From IMG/VR virus record IMGVR_UViG_3300028534_000019, positions 31,091 through 95,090 of that record: DNA of 64,000 bases. One strand, given 5' to 3'. Of the stretch, positions 8,439 through 17,250 are shown in pieces. The notes beneath the pieces are model-generated. The model made no database searches. It saw only the letters and a list, made by a program, of their open reading frames with translations, and was not told the origin of the DNA. The position numbers were made by a program, and so were the translations under genes. The stretch comes from a virus. Lineage: Duplodnaviria > Heunggongvirae > Uroviricota > Caudoviricetes. How positions within the stretch are numbered: position 1 is the first letter of the stretch; every line of letters starts with the position of its first letter.

Positions 8439-8795
8439 ATGAGTTTAGAAAGTACAGTGGCTTCACAGTCAATACACCCAGGAACATATGAAGTACATTG
8501 GGAAAATACATTCGATACAAAAGAAATAGTTAGTACAATAGAAATAAAACAAACTATATATTCTAGTAATCAATTAAAAAAAGTTCTTAAAAAATTATTA
8601 AAAAATTTTGATAAATTAAATAGTGAAATAAAATTAATAGAACCATCATATAATAATACTGAAGAAAAAATTAATAGAACATTTGCTATAATTGATATGA
8701 ATAATGAATATGAGATTAATAAACTAATTTCAGAAGGGTATTCTTTAAAAGAGATACACCAAGGTAAATTTATATTATACAAAAGGATTATATAA
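8439..8795 (+). CDS. Hypothetical protein
   Basis: 118-codon ORF with GGGGA upstream. Confidence 0.55.
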   Translation: MSLESTVASQSIHPGTYEVHWENTFDTKEIVSTIEIKQTIYSSNQLKKVLKKLLKNFDKLNSEIKLIEPSYNNTEEKINRTFAIIDMNNEYEINKLISEGYSLKEIHQGKFILYKRII

Positions 8796-9316
8796 TGGTT
8801 TTAAATTTTTATGGCGGGCCGGGTATTGGTAAAAGTACAAAAGCATCAGAGTTATTTTTTAGATGTAAACAACAAAACTTACAGGTTGAATTAATACACG
8901 AGTTTGCTAAAGATATGGTTTATTCTCAATCTATGGAAATATTGAAAGACCAATATTATGTAGGTGCTAATCAACATCATAGGGTGTGGAGAGTTCATAA
9001 CTATTACTTACAACAAGGTTTTAAAGAGGATGAATTTCTTATAATAACTGATAGTCCTATTTTGTTGGGTGCGGCTTATACTGATGATGATAAATTAAGA
9101 GATTTTATTTTTGAAACTTCAGAAAGATATAATAATATTAATATTATGCTAACAAGAAAATTTAATTACCAAGAAGAGGGAAGAAACCAAGATTTAAAAG
9201 GTGCTATTGAGATTGATAAAAAAGTTTTAGATTTATTAAATAAAACTTCTTATATAGAAACAAATGATACAGATAAAATTTTATCTCTAATTAAGGAAAA
9301 AATGAGTACAATATAA
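8795..9316 (+). CDS. P-loop NTPase (kinase/ATPase-like)
   Basis: Walker A motif FYGGPGIGKST at the N-terminus, and IITDSP as a possible Walker B. Confidence 0.6.
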   Translation: MVLNFYGGPGIGKSTKASELFFRCKQQNLQVELIHEFAKDMVYSQSMEILKDQYYVGANQHHRVWRVHNYYLQQGFKEDEFLIITDSPILLGAAYTDDDKLRDFIFETSERYNNINIMLTRKFNYQEEGRNQDLKGAIEIDKKVLDLLNKTSYIETNDTDKILSLIKEKMSTI

Positions 9317-9335
9317 ATATTAAAAAGGAGATAAA

Positions 9336-9914
9336 ATGACACTTGAAACATTTGCTGTTGAGTATAATAACTTAAAAATAGAAAAAGTATATATAAATTC
9401 ACACACATTAGAATCAGTAAAAAAAAGATTTAATATAGATTTAAAAATATCAGACCTAAAATCTGATATTTCTTTATCTATTGCTTTTCAAAAATATAAA
9501 AAGAATTTTACAGTAAATGATTTTAAGTTTGTTATCTTTATAAATGATATTGTACTTGTATTAAATATATATGAAAAAAATAATAAGTTTTATGGTAAAG
9601 TACTAACAGCATTATCACAAAAACAATTTGAATTAAGCAAAAATTTTTATCTTGGTAGTATTTTTGGTAATTTTGAGTGTACTATAAAAGAATATGCTTA
9701 TGAAGAAGTTTATTTTAATAATAGTTTTGAAAATATAAAAAAATCACTAAATGATTACAAACAATTACCAATATCACTAGATATTGCAACAAGTGATAGT
9801 GATATTAAAAGATTGAGAAAAGCAAACAGAACTGTTGATGTACCTTATATAAAAGGTTATTTTATAAAAGTTGTTGATGGTATTGATTATCTTATTATAG
9901 GTAGTAAAAAATAA
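9336..9914 (+). CDS. Hypothetical protein
   Basis: 192-codon ORF with AAAGGAG RBS. Confidence 0.6.
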   Translation: MTLETFAVEYNNLKIEKVYINSHTLESVKKRFNIDLKISDLKSDISLSIAFQKYKKNFTVNDFKFVIFINDIVLVLNIYEKNNKFYGKVLTALSQKQFELSKNFYLGSIFGNFECTIKEYAYEEVYFNNSFENIKKSLNDYKQLPISLDIATSDSDIKRLRKANRTVDVPYIKGYFIKVVDGIDYLIIGSKK

Positions 9915-9931
9915 GTATATGGAGGGTTAAT

Positions 9932-10387
9932 ATGAATAAACAAAAGTTTTATTTTAATAGTGAACATTTTGAATATGCTATTAATGACATTAAAAATAGA
10001 GTCCTATTGAATGTTAAAAAAGATGGTTTACAGATTGTTTCAGTGTTTAAGGATGGTTTACCTTTGGGTGTAAGGTTATCAAATGAATTTAATACAGGGT
10101 TGAGTATTATAAATTATGAAAAGTTTAGCTCAAATTCTGATAGTGTAACATTGCTTAAAGATGATGGTTTAAGAGGTGCTACAAATATATTAATTGTAAG
10201 TGACTTAGTACAAGATAAAAAGGGTTTTGAAAAAATTGTAAAATATATTAAAGAAAAATATGATAAAGAACCTATTATATACACTTTATTTGGTGACCCT
10301 TTGGAAAATAATACTAGATGGAATTTTACATTTAAAGAAAATGGACAGAAAATTCAATTCATTCCTTGGGTTGGAATGGATGTATAA
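9932..10387 (+). CDS. Hypothetical protein (weak phosphoribosyltransferase-like pattern)
   Basis: IVSVFKDGLPLGVRLS and NILIVSDLVQDKKG resemble the PRTase Rossmann and PRPP loops, but the canonical D-x-T-G-x-T is absent. Confidence 0.3.
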   Translation: MNKQKFYFNSEHFEYAINDIKNRVLLNVKKDGLQIVSVFKDGLPLGVRLSNEFNTGLSIINYEKFSSNSDSVTLLKDDGLRGATNILIVSDLVQDKKGFEKIVKYIKEKYDKEPIIYTLFGDPLENNTRWNFTFKENGQKIQFIPWVGMDV

Positions 10388-10411
10388 ATAATTCTAAAAT
10401 AGGAGAAAGAA

Positions 10412-10999
10412 ATGAAAAAATTTAGTGAATATATGAGTGAAAAAGCACTTGTAGAAGAAATGGAAGATAAGATAGGTTTAATGTTATATATGGCAGAAAA
10501 AAGTGATATTATAGCTGAATCTTATGATTTTGAAAATTTAACAGAAAGCCAAAGAATTGTACTTGAAGAAGGTGTAAATGATTGGTTAAACAAAGTTGGT
10601 CTTAAATTACATAAAACAAAAGGTATTATTGATTATTTAGCTGATTTTACTAAAGGTACAGGTAAAGTTCTTATGTCAGCAATTAAAGGTGATAAAGAGG
10701 CTGTTAAAGAACAACTTAAAAATGTTAAAAAAGAAGAAGTTTTAGATTTCTTACTTAAATTAGATATGGCTACATTACATATTGTTACCGGCCCGATACA
10801 CTTAATTGATGCTGTTACAGGTTGGGATTTAATGGCTAATGTTAAAGCAGTAGCTAAAACAGCAACTGATAAACTTAAAGAATTTTATCAAGCAATGAAA
10901 AAAGTAAAAGAAACAATTACAACTGTTTTACAAGGTACTAAACAAAAGAAAATGTTACAATTAGCAACAAACTTAGAAACAACAATTCCTGCACCTTAG
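10412..10999 (+). CDS. Hypothetical protein
   Basis: 195-codon ORF with GGAGAAAG RBS. Confidence 0.6.
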   Translation: MKKFSEYMSEKALVEEMEDKIGLMLYMAEKSDIIAESYDFENLTESQRIVLEEGVNDWLNKVGLKLHKTKGIIDYLADFTKGTGKVLMSAIKGDKEAVKEQLKNVKKEEVLDFLLKLDMATLHIVTGPIHLIDAVTGWDLMANVKAVAKTATDKLKEFYQAMKKVKETITTVLQGTKQKKMLQLATNLETTIPAP

Positions 11000-11019
11000 A
11001 ACAAAAAAAAGGATTTTAA

Positions 11020-11538
11020 ATGCCAAAATTTGGTAAAAGAAGTAAAAGAAACTTAGAAACTTGTCATAGAGATTTAAGAATTATATGTAATGAAGCAATT
11101 AAATATTTTGATTTTTCTGTTATATATGGTATAAGAAGTGAAGAAGAACAATTTAAACTTTTTAATGAAGGCAAATCTCAACTTGATGGTATCCATAAAA
11201 AATCAAAACACCAAGGCAGAAAGTGTGAAAAACTTGATGCTGGTGTAGATGAAGAACACAAAATTTTAACAGATGAAGATGGTGATGCTATTGCTTCTTT
11301 TGCTGTTGATTTAATGCCTTACTATAAAGGTTTCAATCCTTTTACAAATGAGTCAGGAACTAAACTTTTTTATTACCAAGCAGGATTAATAATGGGGATA
11401 GCCGCTAGACTTTATGAAGAGGGAAAAATAAAACATACTTTAAGATGGGGTGGAAATTGGGATAATGATATGGACTTTTTCGGAGATTCTCATTTCTTTG
11501 ATTTACCACACTTTGAATTAGTAATACCTAAAAAATAG
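11020..11538 (+). CDS. Peptidase M15-family cell-wall hydrolase (putative endolysin)
   Basis: SKHQ...AVDLMPY...DLPHFEL gives the H...D...H zinc-ligand pattern of M15 peptidases. YGIRSEEEQFKLF is also typical of the family. Confidence 0.65.
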   Translation: MPKFGKRSKRNLETCHRDLRIICNEAIKYFDFSVIYGIRSEEEQFKLFNEGKSQLDGIHKKSKHQGRKCEKLDAGVDEEHKILTDEDGDAIASFAVDLMPYYKGFNPFTNESGTKLFYYQAGLIMGIAARLYEEGKIKHTLRWGGNWDNDMDFFGDSHFFDLPHFELVIPKK

Positions 11539-11547
11539 GGTATTACT

Positions 11548-11664
11548 ATGAAGATATTTAAAAAAATTATTTTATCTATGATTATAAGTTTAAGCCTTTT
11601 TGTTTTTGACCCTTATAAACTTAACAGGTTAAGAGATTATCATAAAATTGAAAACACAAAATAA
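11548..11664 (+). CDS. 38-aa membrane peptide (possible lysis accessory; below the ORF-track cutoff)
   Basis: MKIFKKIILSMIISLSLFVFDPYKLNRLRDYHKIENTK*, lying 10 nt after the M15 peptidase stop. Confidence 0.35.
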   Translation: MKIFKKIILSMIISLSLFVFDPYKLNRLRDYHKIENTK

Positions 11665-11715
11665 CCTTAAAGACTTATAAAACTTACAATAACCTTACAA
11701 CACTACATAAAGTAT

Positions 11716-11723
11716 TATAAATA
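11716..11723 (+). promoter_or_regulatory. T4-type late promoter box TATAAATA
   Basis: Exact TATAAATA 19 nt upstream of the nuclease-terminase operon ATG at 11742. Confidence 0.45.
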
Positions 11724-11741
11724 ATTATAAAAGGATTTATA

Positions 11742-12089
11742 ATGCTTTATACTTACAGAATTAAAAAAATACACAAAATATATGATGGTGATACAATTAC
11801 AGCAGAACTTGATTTAGGATTTAAGATTTCATTTATTGAAAAGATTAGATTGTCTTTTATTGATGCTCCTGAAATAAGAGGGGAAGAAAGAGAAGAAGGA
11901 TTAAAATCAAGATTATGGTTAGTAGAACATTTAAACTCAGCTATATCTAAAGGTGATGATGTTTTTGTTAGAACAAATAAAGATAGCCAAGGTAAATATG
12001 GAAGATATTTAGGGGATATTATAATTAATGGGGAGTCACTTAATCTAAAGATGGTTGAAGAGGGTTATGCTGAACTTTATAAAAAGTAA
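11742..12089 (+). CDS. Staphylococcal-nuclease (SNase/thermonuclease)-like nuclease
   Basis: YDGDTIT, RLSFIDAPE, GKYGRYLGDI and MVEEGYAELY match SNase-fold signatures. Confidence 0.7.
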   Translation: MLYTYRIKKIHKIYDGDTITAELDLGFKISFIEKIRLSFIDAPEIRGEEREEGLKSRLWLVEHLNSAISKGDDVFVRTNKDSQGKYGRYLGDIIINGESLNLKMVEEGYAELYKK

Positions 12090-12099
12090 AGGTTTTATT

Positions 12100-13872
12100 A
12101 TGGAAGGAATATTTAATAAATTAAAAGAACATAATAAAGATGTTGTACTTAGTGATGAAGAGAAAAATAAAGTTTTAAGTGTTATAGATATAGAGAAAAA
12201 TAAAGAGGGTTTATATGTAGATGCCTTTGGTATGCCTATATCGCATAATGGGTTAAGAGATTTAAAAAAAGAGAAAACACAAATAAATCTTTCAGAAACA
12301 TTAATAAATGAAATTAAAACATCATATTTAGATTATTATTATTTTAGAGAAAATTATTGTAAAATTGTTACTAAAAAAGGTATTAAAAGACCTGAGCCAA
12401 GACCATACCAAAAAAGGTTAGAAGATGATTTAGTAACAGGTGAAGATGTTTTAGCATTTTGGCCGAGACAATCAGGAAAATCTGTAACTATTTCAACTTA
12501 TCTATTATGGAAAGCAATTACAACACCTAATATTAATATTGGTATAGCGGCAAATGTTCAAAAATTAGCTATGGAAGTATTAGACAAAATAAAAAATATA
12601 TTTTTGGAGTTACCTATTTGGATGAAGCCGGGTATAAAGGTTTGGAATAAAGGTTCTATTGAATTTGAAAATGGTACAAGAATTTTAACCTCAGCAACTA
12701 ATGGTGATGCTTTTAGGGGGTTTACTATTAATATATTATATGTTGATGAGGTTGCTTTTATTAGACATAGTGTGTGGGAAGAATTTGCTGATTCTGTTTT
12801 CCCTGCTCAAGAAGCACTTATGGAAAAACAAACTATTATGTCAAGTACGGCTGGTGGGCTTAATCATTGGTATCATTTAGTAGAGGGTGCTAGAAAGGGT
12901 AAAAATGGTTATAGAATAGCTGAAGCAAGTTGGAAAGAAGTTCCTAGATGGAAAAAAGATGGTACTCTTAAAACACCTGATGAATTTAAGGCTGAAATAA
13001 TAGCTAAAAATGGAGAGATGTTTTTCCAACAAAATTTTGGTAACTCTTTTTTAGGTAGTTCTAAAACTTTAATAGATTCACAAGCATTAAAAAATATTGA
13101 ACCTATGGATGATGATGAAATTTTGTTTGATAATGTTTTTAATGGACTAAGAATTTTTAAAGAGCCAAAACCTAATCATAATTATATAGTTACTTGTGAC
13201 CCCAAAAAAGAGGGTTTGGATAGTGCTGGATTACAAGTTGTTGATGTTACAAATTTACCTTTTGAACAAGTAGCATCAGCACAATTACACGAGAGTTATT
13301 TAACAATTCCTGGTAAATTAAATGATTTAGGGTTGTATTATAATAAGGCTATGATAGTATGTGAAAATAATGTAGCTGAGTCTATACCTAGTACTGTATA
13401 TTATAATTATGAATATGAGGGTGAAGTCTTTATAGAAAAAGATAGTAAGGGTCGCCCTAAAAAGGAAATGGGCATTAGGACAACTACCAAAACAAAAAGA
13501 TTAGGTTTAACTCTATTAAAGAAATTTGTAGAGAATGGAAACCTAATAATAAATGATACAAAAACATTAGATGAATTATTTAACTTCATTGAATATAAAG
13601 ATGGTATATATAAAGCAGAAGAGGGTTATCACGATGACCTTGTTATGTCATTAATGCTTGTTTTTGCTCCATTTTTAGATTTTAAAAACTTTGATGATTT
13701 TAGAGGTTTTGTTGATTATCTTGATAAAAAAGAAAAACAACAAGAAGAGAATGATAAAGAGATGGAAGAATTTATGGATTTAGGTTTTAGTTCTGATGAT
13801 GATTTGGAAGATGACGGGCCGTTTACTAAGGATATTTGGGGAAATAGAGATATGGTTGGTGGCTTCATATAA
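12100..13872 (+). CDS. 17: Terminase large subunit (T4 gp17-like)
   Basis: Walker A FWPRQSGKSVT. WNKGSIEFENGTRILTSATNGDAFRGFTINILYVDEVAFI parallels the T4 gp17 block, and the C-terminal nuclease region has YHDDLVMSL. The ATG at 12100 (after AAAGG) is preferred over 12055. Confidence 0.9.
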   Translation: MEGIFNKLKEHNKDVVLSDEEKNKVLSVIDIEKNKEGLYVDAFGMPISHNGLRDLKKEKTQINLSETLINEIKTSYLDYYYFRENYCKIVTKKGIKRPEPRPYQKRLEDDLVTGEDVLAFWPRQSGKSVTISTYLLWKAITTPNINIGIAANVQKLAMEVLDKIKNIFLELPIWMKPGIKVWNKGSIEFENGTRILTSATNGDAFRGFTINILYVDEVAFIRHSVWEEFADSVFPAQEALMEKQTIMSSTAGGLNHWYHLVEGARKGKNGYRIAEASWKEVPRWKKDGTLKTPDEFKAEIIAKNGEMFFQQNFGNSFLGSSKTLIDSQALKNIEPMDDDEILFDNVFNGLRIFKEPKPNHNYIVTCDPKKEGLDSAGLQVVDVTNLPFEQVASAQLHESYLTIPGKLNDLGLYYNKAMIVCENNVAESIPSTVYYNYEYEGEVFIEKDSKGRPKKEMGIRTTTKTKRLGLTLLKKFVENGNLIINDTKTLDELFNFIEYKDGIYKAEEGYHDDLVMSLMLVFAPFLDFKNFDDFRGFVDYLDKKEKQQEENDKEMEEFMDLGFSSDDDLEDDGPFTKDIWGNRDMVGGFI

Positions 13873-13875
13873 AAA

Positions 13876-13897
13876 TTAAGTATTTTTACTGTATAAT
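13876..13897 (+). promoter_or_regulatory. Promoter candidate (TTAAGT-N10-TATAAT)
   Basis: AAAATTAAGTATTTTTACTGTATAAT, 29 nt upstream of the ATG at 13926. Confidence 0.55.
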
Positions 13898-13925
13898 AAA
13901 ATCTATTAAAAATAAAAGGTTATAT

Positions 13926-14552
13926 ATGAGAAAGAAATTTAATGAAGATAAGAACAAAACTTATGAGAGTAAAGAACACTCTTTACATAAAAAGAAGATT
14001 GTAAAAAATCAAGACTATACAAAATTTAGGTTTTTTATAGGAACTTTTGATAATCAAACACCTAAGTTTCATTTAATATTAAATGATTTATATGATTCTA
14101 ATGAAAAAGATGAATTAGAATTAAGAATTATGTCACCAGTTGGATTGGTTATTGAATGTCAGCAAGTTGTGAATATAATGAATAACAAATTTAATGGTAG
14201 AACAACAGCATATATTGAAAGCCACGCTAGTTCAGCAGGTGCTATTGTTTTTGCTAATGCTGATAAAAGAGTTATATATGAAAATTCAAGAATAATGTTT
14301 CACAACTATTCAGGTGGTTATGGTGGTAAATTTCAAGATATTAAAGATAGATTAGATTTTGATGAAAAACATATTATTTCTTTTTTGAGTGTTGCTAAAC
14401 AATTCTTAAATAAAAAAGAATGGAAACAAATGGTAAATGGAAAAAACTTTTGGTTTGATGCTTCTGATATGTTAAAAAGAAATATAGCAACTCATATCAT
14501 AGTAGATGGTAAAGAGATGACTAAGAAAGAATATAAAAAATATAAAAAATAA
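13926..14552 (+). CDS. ClpP-fold serine protease (S14-like)
   Basis: SHASSAGAIVF (catalytic Ser context), NSRIMFHNYSGG (His) and FWFDASDML (Asp region), in ClpP order. Carries an N-terminal basic extension of about 50 aa. Confidence 0.7.
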   Translation: MRKKFNEDKNKTYESKEHSLHKKKIVKNQDYTKFRFFIGTFDNQTPKFHLILNDLYDSNEKDELELRIMSPVGLVIECQQVVNIMNNKFNGRTTAYIESHASSAGAIVFANADKRVIYENSRIMFHNYSGGYGGKFQDIKDRLDFDEKHIISFLSVAKQFLNKKEWKQMVNGKNFWFDASDMLKRNIATHIIVDGKEMTKKEYKKYKK

Positions 14553-14574
14553 TAATCTCTATAATAGAAAATCA

Positions 14575-14582
14575 TATAAATA
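14575..14582 (+). promoter_or_regulatory. T4-type late promoter box TATAAATA
   Basis: Exact TATAAATA 25 nt upstream of the ATG at 14607. Confidence 0.4.
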
Positions 14583-14606
14583 TTATTAAAATTAAAGAGG
14601 TATAAA

Positions 14607-15344
14607 ATGAACCTTAATTTATATGACTCATCACACGATAGAGAATATGAACTTTTTAGAGATACAACAGAAGAATTAATTAATATGTATGGTGTACCTG
14701 TAAAATATCTTATAACAGAAAAAATTAATCAAAATGAAATATTTGGTGAATGGAGTCATTTAAAGATAGACAATCAAAAGGTACACCAATTTTTTGGTTT
14801 ACCATCAGCTAGTGATAATTGGGAAGGTGATAACTCTTTATTTTCAAATTTTGGGCTTCAAAATGTAGAAAGTATTAATATATTCATTCCTAGAAAAGTT
14901 ATGGAAGTGATACACCCTGAAATTGTTAATAGAGATGGTAAAGCAACAATAGAAAATTTACCTATTGGGAATTTGGTAGTTTTTGAAAGTAATAAAATAA
15001 TGGAAGTTACTGGTTTTGAATTAAGTTCAGCAGATTTTGGTAATAATAATGTATTTACTTCTGATAGACTGAAAAATGTTTTTAAACTTAAATTAAAATC
15101 TTATATACCAAATAGAGATGATTATTCTTCAGCAGATGATATAACAGATAGTAACAATTTTGATTATGGTGATTTTGGTAACTTAGATTCAATATTCAGA
15201 GATGAAGAAGAAGAAGTAAAAAATGTTACACACAAAGCCGAAGATGTAGTATTAAAAAATGAAACTATTTATCCTGCTGAGGTTAGAGAAAAACCAATAA
15301 GAGAAAAAACAAAAGAAGATAATCCTTTTGGGTATCTTGGTTAA
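14607..15344 (+). CDS. Hypothetical protein (possible virion protein, from the late-box context)
   Basis: 245-codon ORF with AAAGAGG RBS and a late-type box upstream. No motif is confidently recognised. Confidence 0.6.
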   Translation: MNLNLYDSSHDREYELFRDTTEELINMYGVPVKYLITEKINQNEIFGEWSHLKIDNQKVHQFFGLPSASDNWEGDNSLFSNFGLQNVESINIFIPRKVMEVIHPEIVNRDGKATIENLPIGNLVVFESNKIMEVTGFELSSADFGNNNVFTSDRLKNVFKLKLKSYIPNRDDYSSADDITDSNNFDYGDFGNLDSIFRDEEEEVKNVTHKAEDVVLKNETIYPAEVREKPIREKTKEDNPFGYLG

Positions 15345-15358
15345 TATAAAGGAAAAAT

Positions 15359-15754
15359 ATGAAAAATAACCTAAATGGTGTTGATAATACTAAAACAGTA
15401 GGTTCTTTTAATGAATTAGATAAGTTATTAAAAGATAAGAAAATGAAACCTGTTTTTGAAAGAGATGGTTTAACATTTTTTAAAAAATCAAGGTTTTATA
15501 TGAACAAAGGTGTATTAAGAGAACATATTGCTACATATAAGGGATATGCTATTCTACTAGACCACAACAATCTTAAAGAAACTTTAGATGAAAATAAAAC
15601 AAAAATGATGCCTATACTAATTAGTGCTAATGATATTAAATTACTTAAAAAAATAAATGGTAATATAATAAGAAAATTAAACCCACAAACTCTTACAAAA
15701 CTTGAAAAAGCAGTAATGCTTGATGAAGTAATGAAAAACATAGATTCAATGTAA
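15359..15754 (+). CDS. Hypothetical protein
   Basis: 131-codon ORF. Confidence 0.55.
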   Translation: MKNNLNGVDNTKTVGSFNELDKLLKDKKMKPVFERDGLTFFKKSRFYMNKGVLREHIATYKGYAILLDHNNLKETLDENKTKMMPILISANDIKLLKKINGNIIRKLNPQTLTKLEKAVMLDEVMKNIDSM

Positions 15755-15816
15755 TCTATGTTCCCACAATAAAATTTTTAAAAAATCAATAATAAACATA
15801 CTATTTTTATTTTACT

Positions 15817-15838
15817 TTAAGCATATAGTAGCTATAAT
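15817..15838 (+). promoter_or_regulatory. Promoter candidate (TTAAGC-N10-TATAAT)
   Basis: TTAAGCATATAGTAGCTATAAT. The -10 element and leader are shared with 32565-32605. Confidence 0.5.
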
Positions 15839-15870
15839 ACTACATATAAAACATAAAAGGATTAGAAATG
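15830..15870 (+). repeat. 41-bp -10/leader cassette (40/41 identical to 32565-32605)
   Basis: AGCTATAATACTACATATAAAACATAAAAGGATTAGAAATG versus ...GGATTAAAAATG. Confidence 0.85.
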
Positions 15871-16212
15871 GCAACAAGAAGTACAATTTGGATAGAAAAT
15901 GAAGATAAAAGTTTTGAAGGTATTTATGCTCATTGGGATGGATATTTATCACATAATGGTAGAATACTTTTAAATAACTATAATTCAGAAGAAAAAGCAA
16001 GAGAACTTATTGCTAAGGGTAATATTTCAGTTTTAGATGAAACTATTGACACTTGTAGATTTTATGATGAAGAGGGTTATAAATCAAGTTCTGATGATTT
16101 AACTGATTATCACGAAGAGTATCTATATCTTTTCAAAGATGGTAAATGGTTTGTATCAGAAGATGCTAAAAATTTTGTTGAATTAACAGAAAAACTTATA
16201 GGAGAAGAGTAA
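15868..16212 (+). CDS. Hypothetical protein
   Basis: 114-codon ORF following the promoter cassette. Confidence 0.6.
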   Translation: MATRSTIWIENEDKSFEGIYAHWDGYLSHNGRILLNNYNSEEKARELIAKGNISVLDETIDTCRFYDEEGYKSSSDDLTDYHEEYLYLFKDGKWFVSEDAKNFVELTEKLIGEE

Positions 16213-16592
16213 TGTTTTCAGATAAGTATGTAAAAATTTTAAAAGAGGATTGGGAAGTAATCAAAAAAGATTATAACTCAATGCTGAAAGAAAATGAAAA
16301 GTTAAAAAAAGAAAATGCTGAGTTACAGAAATATAAAGCACAAGATGATTTACTTTATAGTTATGAAAACACATTAGTTGATAAAGATATTCAGATAAAC
16401 TCTTTAAAGGAAGAAATTCATAATTTAAAATATAATTTACTTATATTAGAAGATAAACTAGATAGAAGTGCTATTATGGAAAAATTATATCTTGAAACTT
16501 TACATAAGGAAAGATTGAAAAGAAGTTGTTTTAAAGAATGTGATGAATATGAAACTGTAAATACAGAGAGTATTTTAGATAAAACTGTTTAA
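16212..16592 (+). CDS. Hypothetical coiled-coil protein
   Basis: Heptad-like K/E/L-rich sequence. The ATG overlaps the upstream stop. Confidence 0.55.
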   Translation: MFSDKYVKILKEDWEVIKKDYNSMLKENEKLKKENAELQKYKAQDDLLYSYENTLVDKDIQINSLKEEIHNLKYNLLILEDKLDRSAIMEKLYLETLHKERLKRSCFKECDEYETVNTESILDKTV

Positions 16593-16601
16593 AGGATTAA
16601 A

Positions 16602-17051
16602 ATGATATATTCAAATAATAAAAAAGTAAAACACGACTATGAAATAATTGAAACATTTGAGGCAGGTGTTGTTTTGAGCGGTCCGCAAGTAAAATCAATT
16701 AGAAAAGGTTCTTTAAGCCTTAAAGGTTCTTATGTTAGTCTTGATGATGGTGTTTTATCATTAAAACAATACTCACTTGCTAGACCTGATTATTTGGATG
16801 CTTTTAGTTCTTTTGATGATAAACCAATAAAATTTTTACTCAAAAAAAGAGAGATTAAAAAATTACAAAAAAAGATTCAAGAAAAAGGTTTAACATTATC
16901 TATAACAAAAGTTTATCAACCTGAAAATACTAGATTTATTAAGGCTGAGTTAGTTCTTGTGAGAGGTAAAAAACTATATGATAAAAGAGAAGATTTAAAA
17001 AAGAAAACACAAGAAATGGATATGAAAAAGGCTATAAAATATGATAGATAA
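16602..17051 (+). CDS. smpB: SmpB (tmRNA-binding protein)
   Basis: NNKKVKHDYEIIETFEAGVVLSGPQVKSIRKGSLSLKGSYV matches the conserved SmpB N-terminal block (NKKA.HDY.I...EAGI.L.G.EVKS.R). Size is 149 aa with a basic C-terminal tail. Confidence 0.9.
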   Translation: MIYSNNKKVKHDYEIIETFEAGVVLSGPQVKSIRKGSLSLKGSYVSLDDGVLSLKQYSLARPDYLDAFSSFDDKPIKFLLKKREIKKLQKKIQEKGLTLSITKVYQPENTRFIKAELVLVRGKKLYDKREDLKKKTQEMDMKKAIKYDR

Positions 17052-17250
17052 TCTAAAAAGTGCTGATGAAATATATTTAGTAGTACAGTTTGGAGCAAAA
17101 GATTTTAACAATAGAACACAAGAATTGATTGATGAAAATTATATTCCATTTAGTGATGTTGCTGTTCAAAGTTTTCACGATGAATTTTGCTTTTCACAAC
17201 AGTTTATAAAAAATCCAAAATACATAGAAGAAACAAAAAGGAAAATATAA
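17041..17250 (+). CDS. Hypothetical protein
   Basis: 69-codon ORF overlapping the smpB end by 11 nt. Confidence 0.45.
   Translation: MIDNLKSADEIYLVVQFGAKDFNNRTQELIDENYIPFSDVAVQSFHDEFCFSQQFIKNPKYIEETKRKI

Noticed and set aside
9932-10387. Calling ORF 9932-10387 a purine phosphoribosyltransferase.
   Set aside because: Only the general hydrophobic-strand/acidic-loop layout is present. The PRPP-binding D-x-T-G-x-T is missing, so it is left as hypothetical with a low-confidence note.
11539-11741. The 203-bp gap after the M15 peptidase as a possible ncRNA locus (repeated ATAACCTTA words).
   Set aside because: The first half is better explained by a 38-codon membrane-peptide ORF. The rest contains a late-type box and an RBS for the nuclease gene. 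No stable structure or conserved RNA motif was recognised.
12055-12099. Upstream ATG at 12055 as the terminase start, as in the ORF track.
   Set aside because: It would overlap the nuclease gene by 35 nt and adds a non-conserved peptide. The ATG at 12100 follows AAAGG at a good distance and starts just after the nuclease stop.
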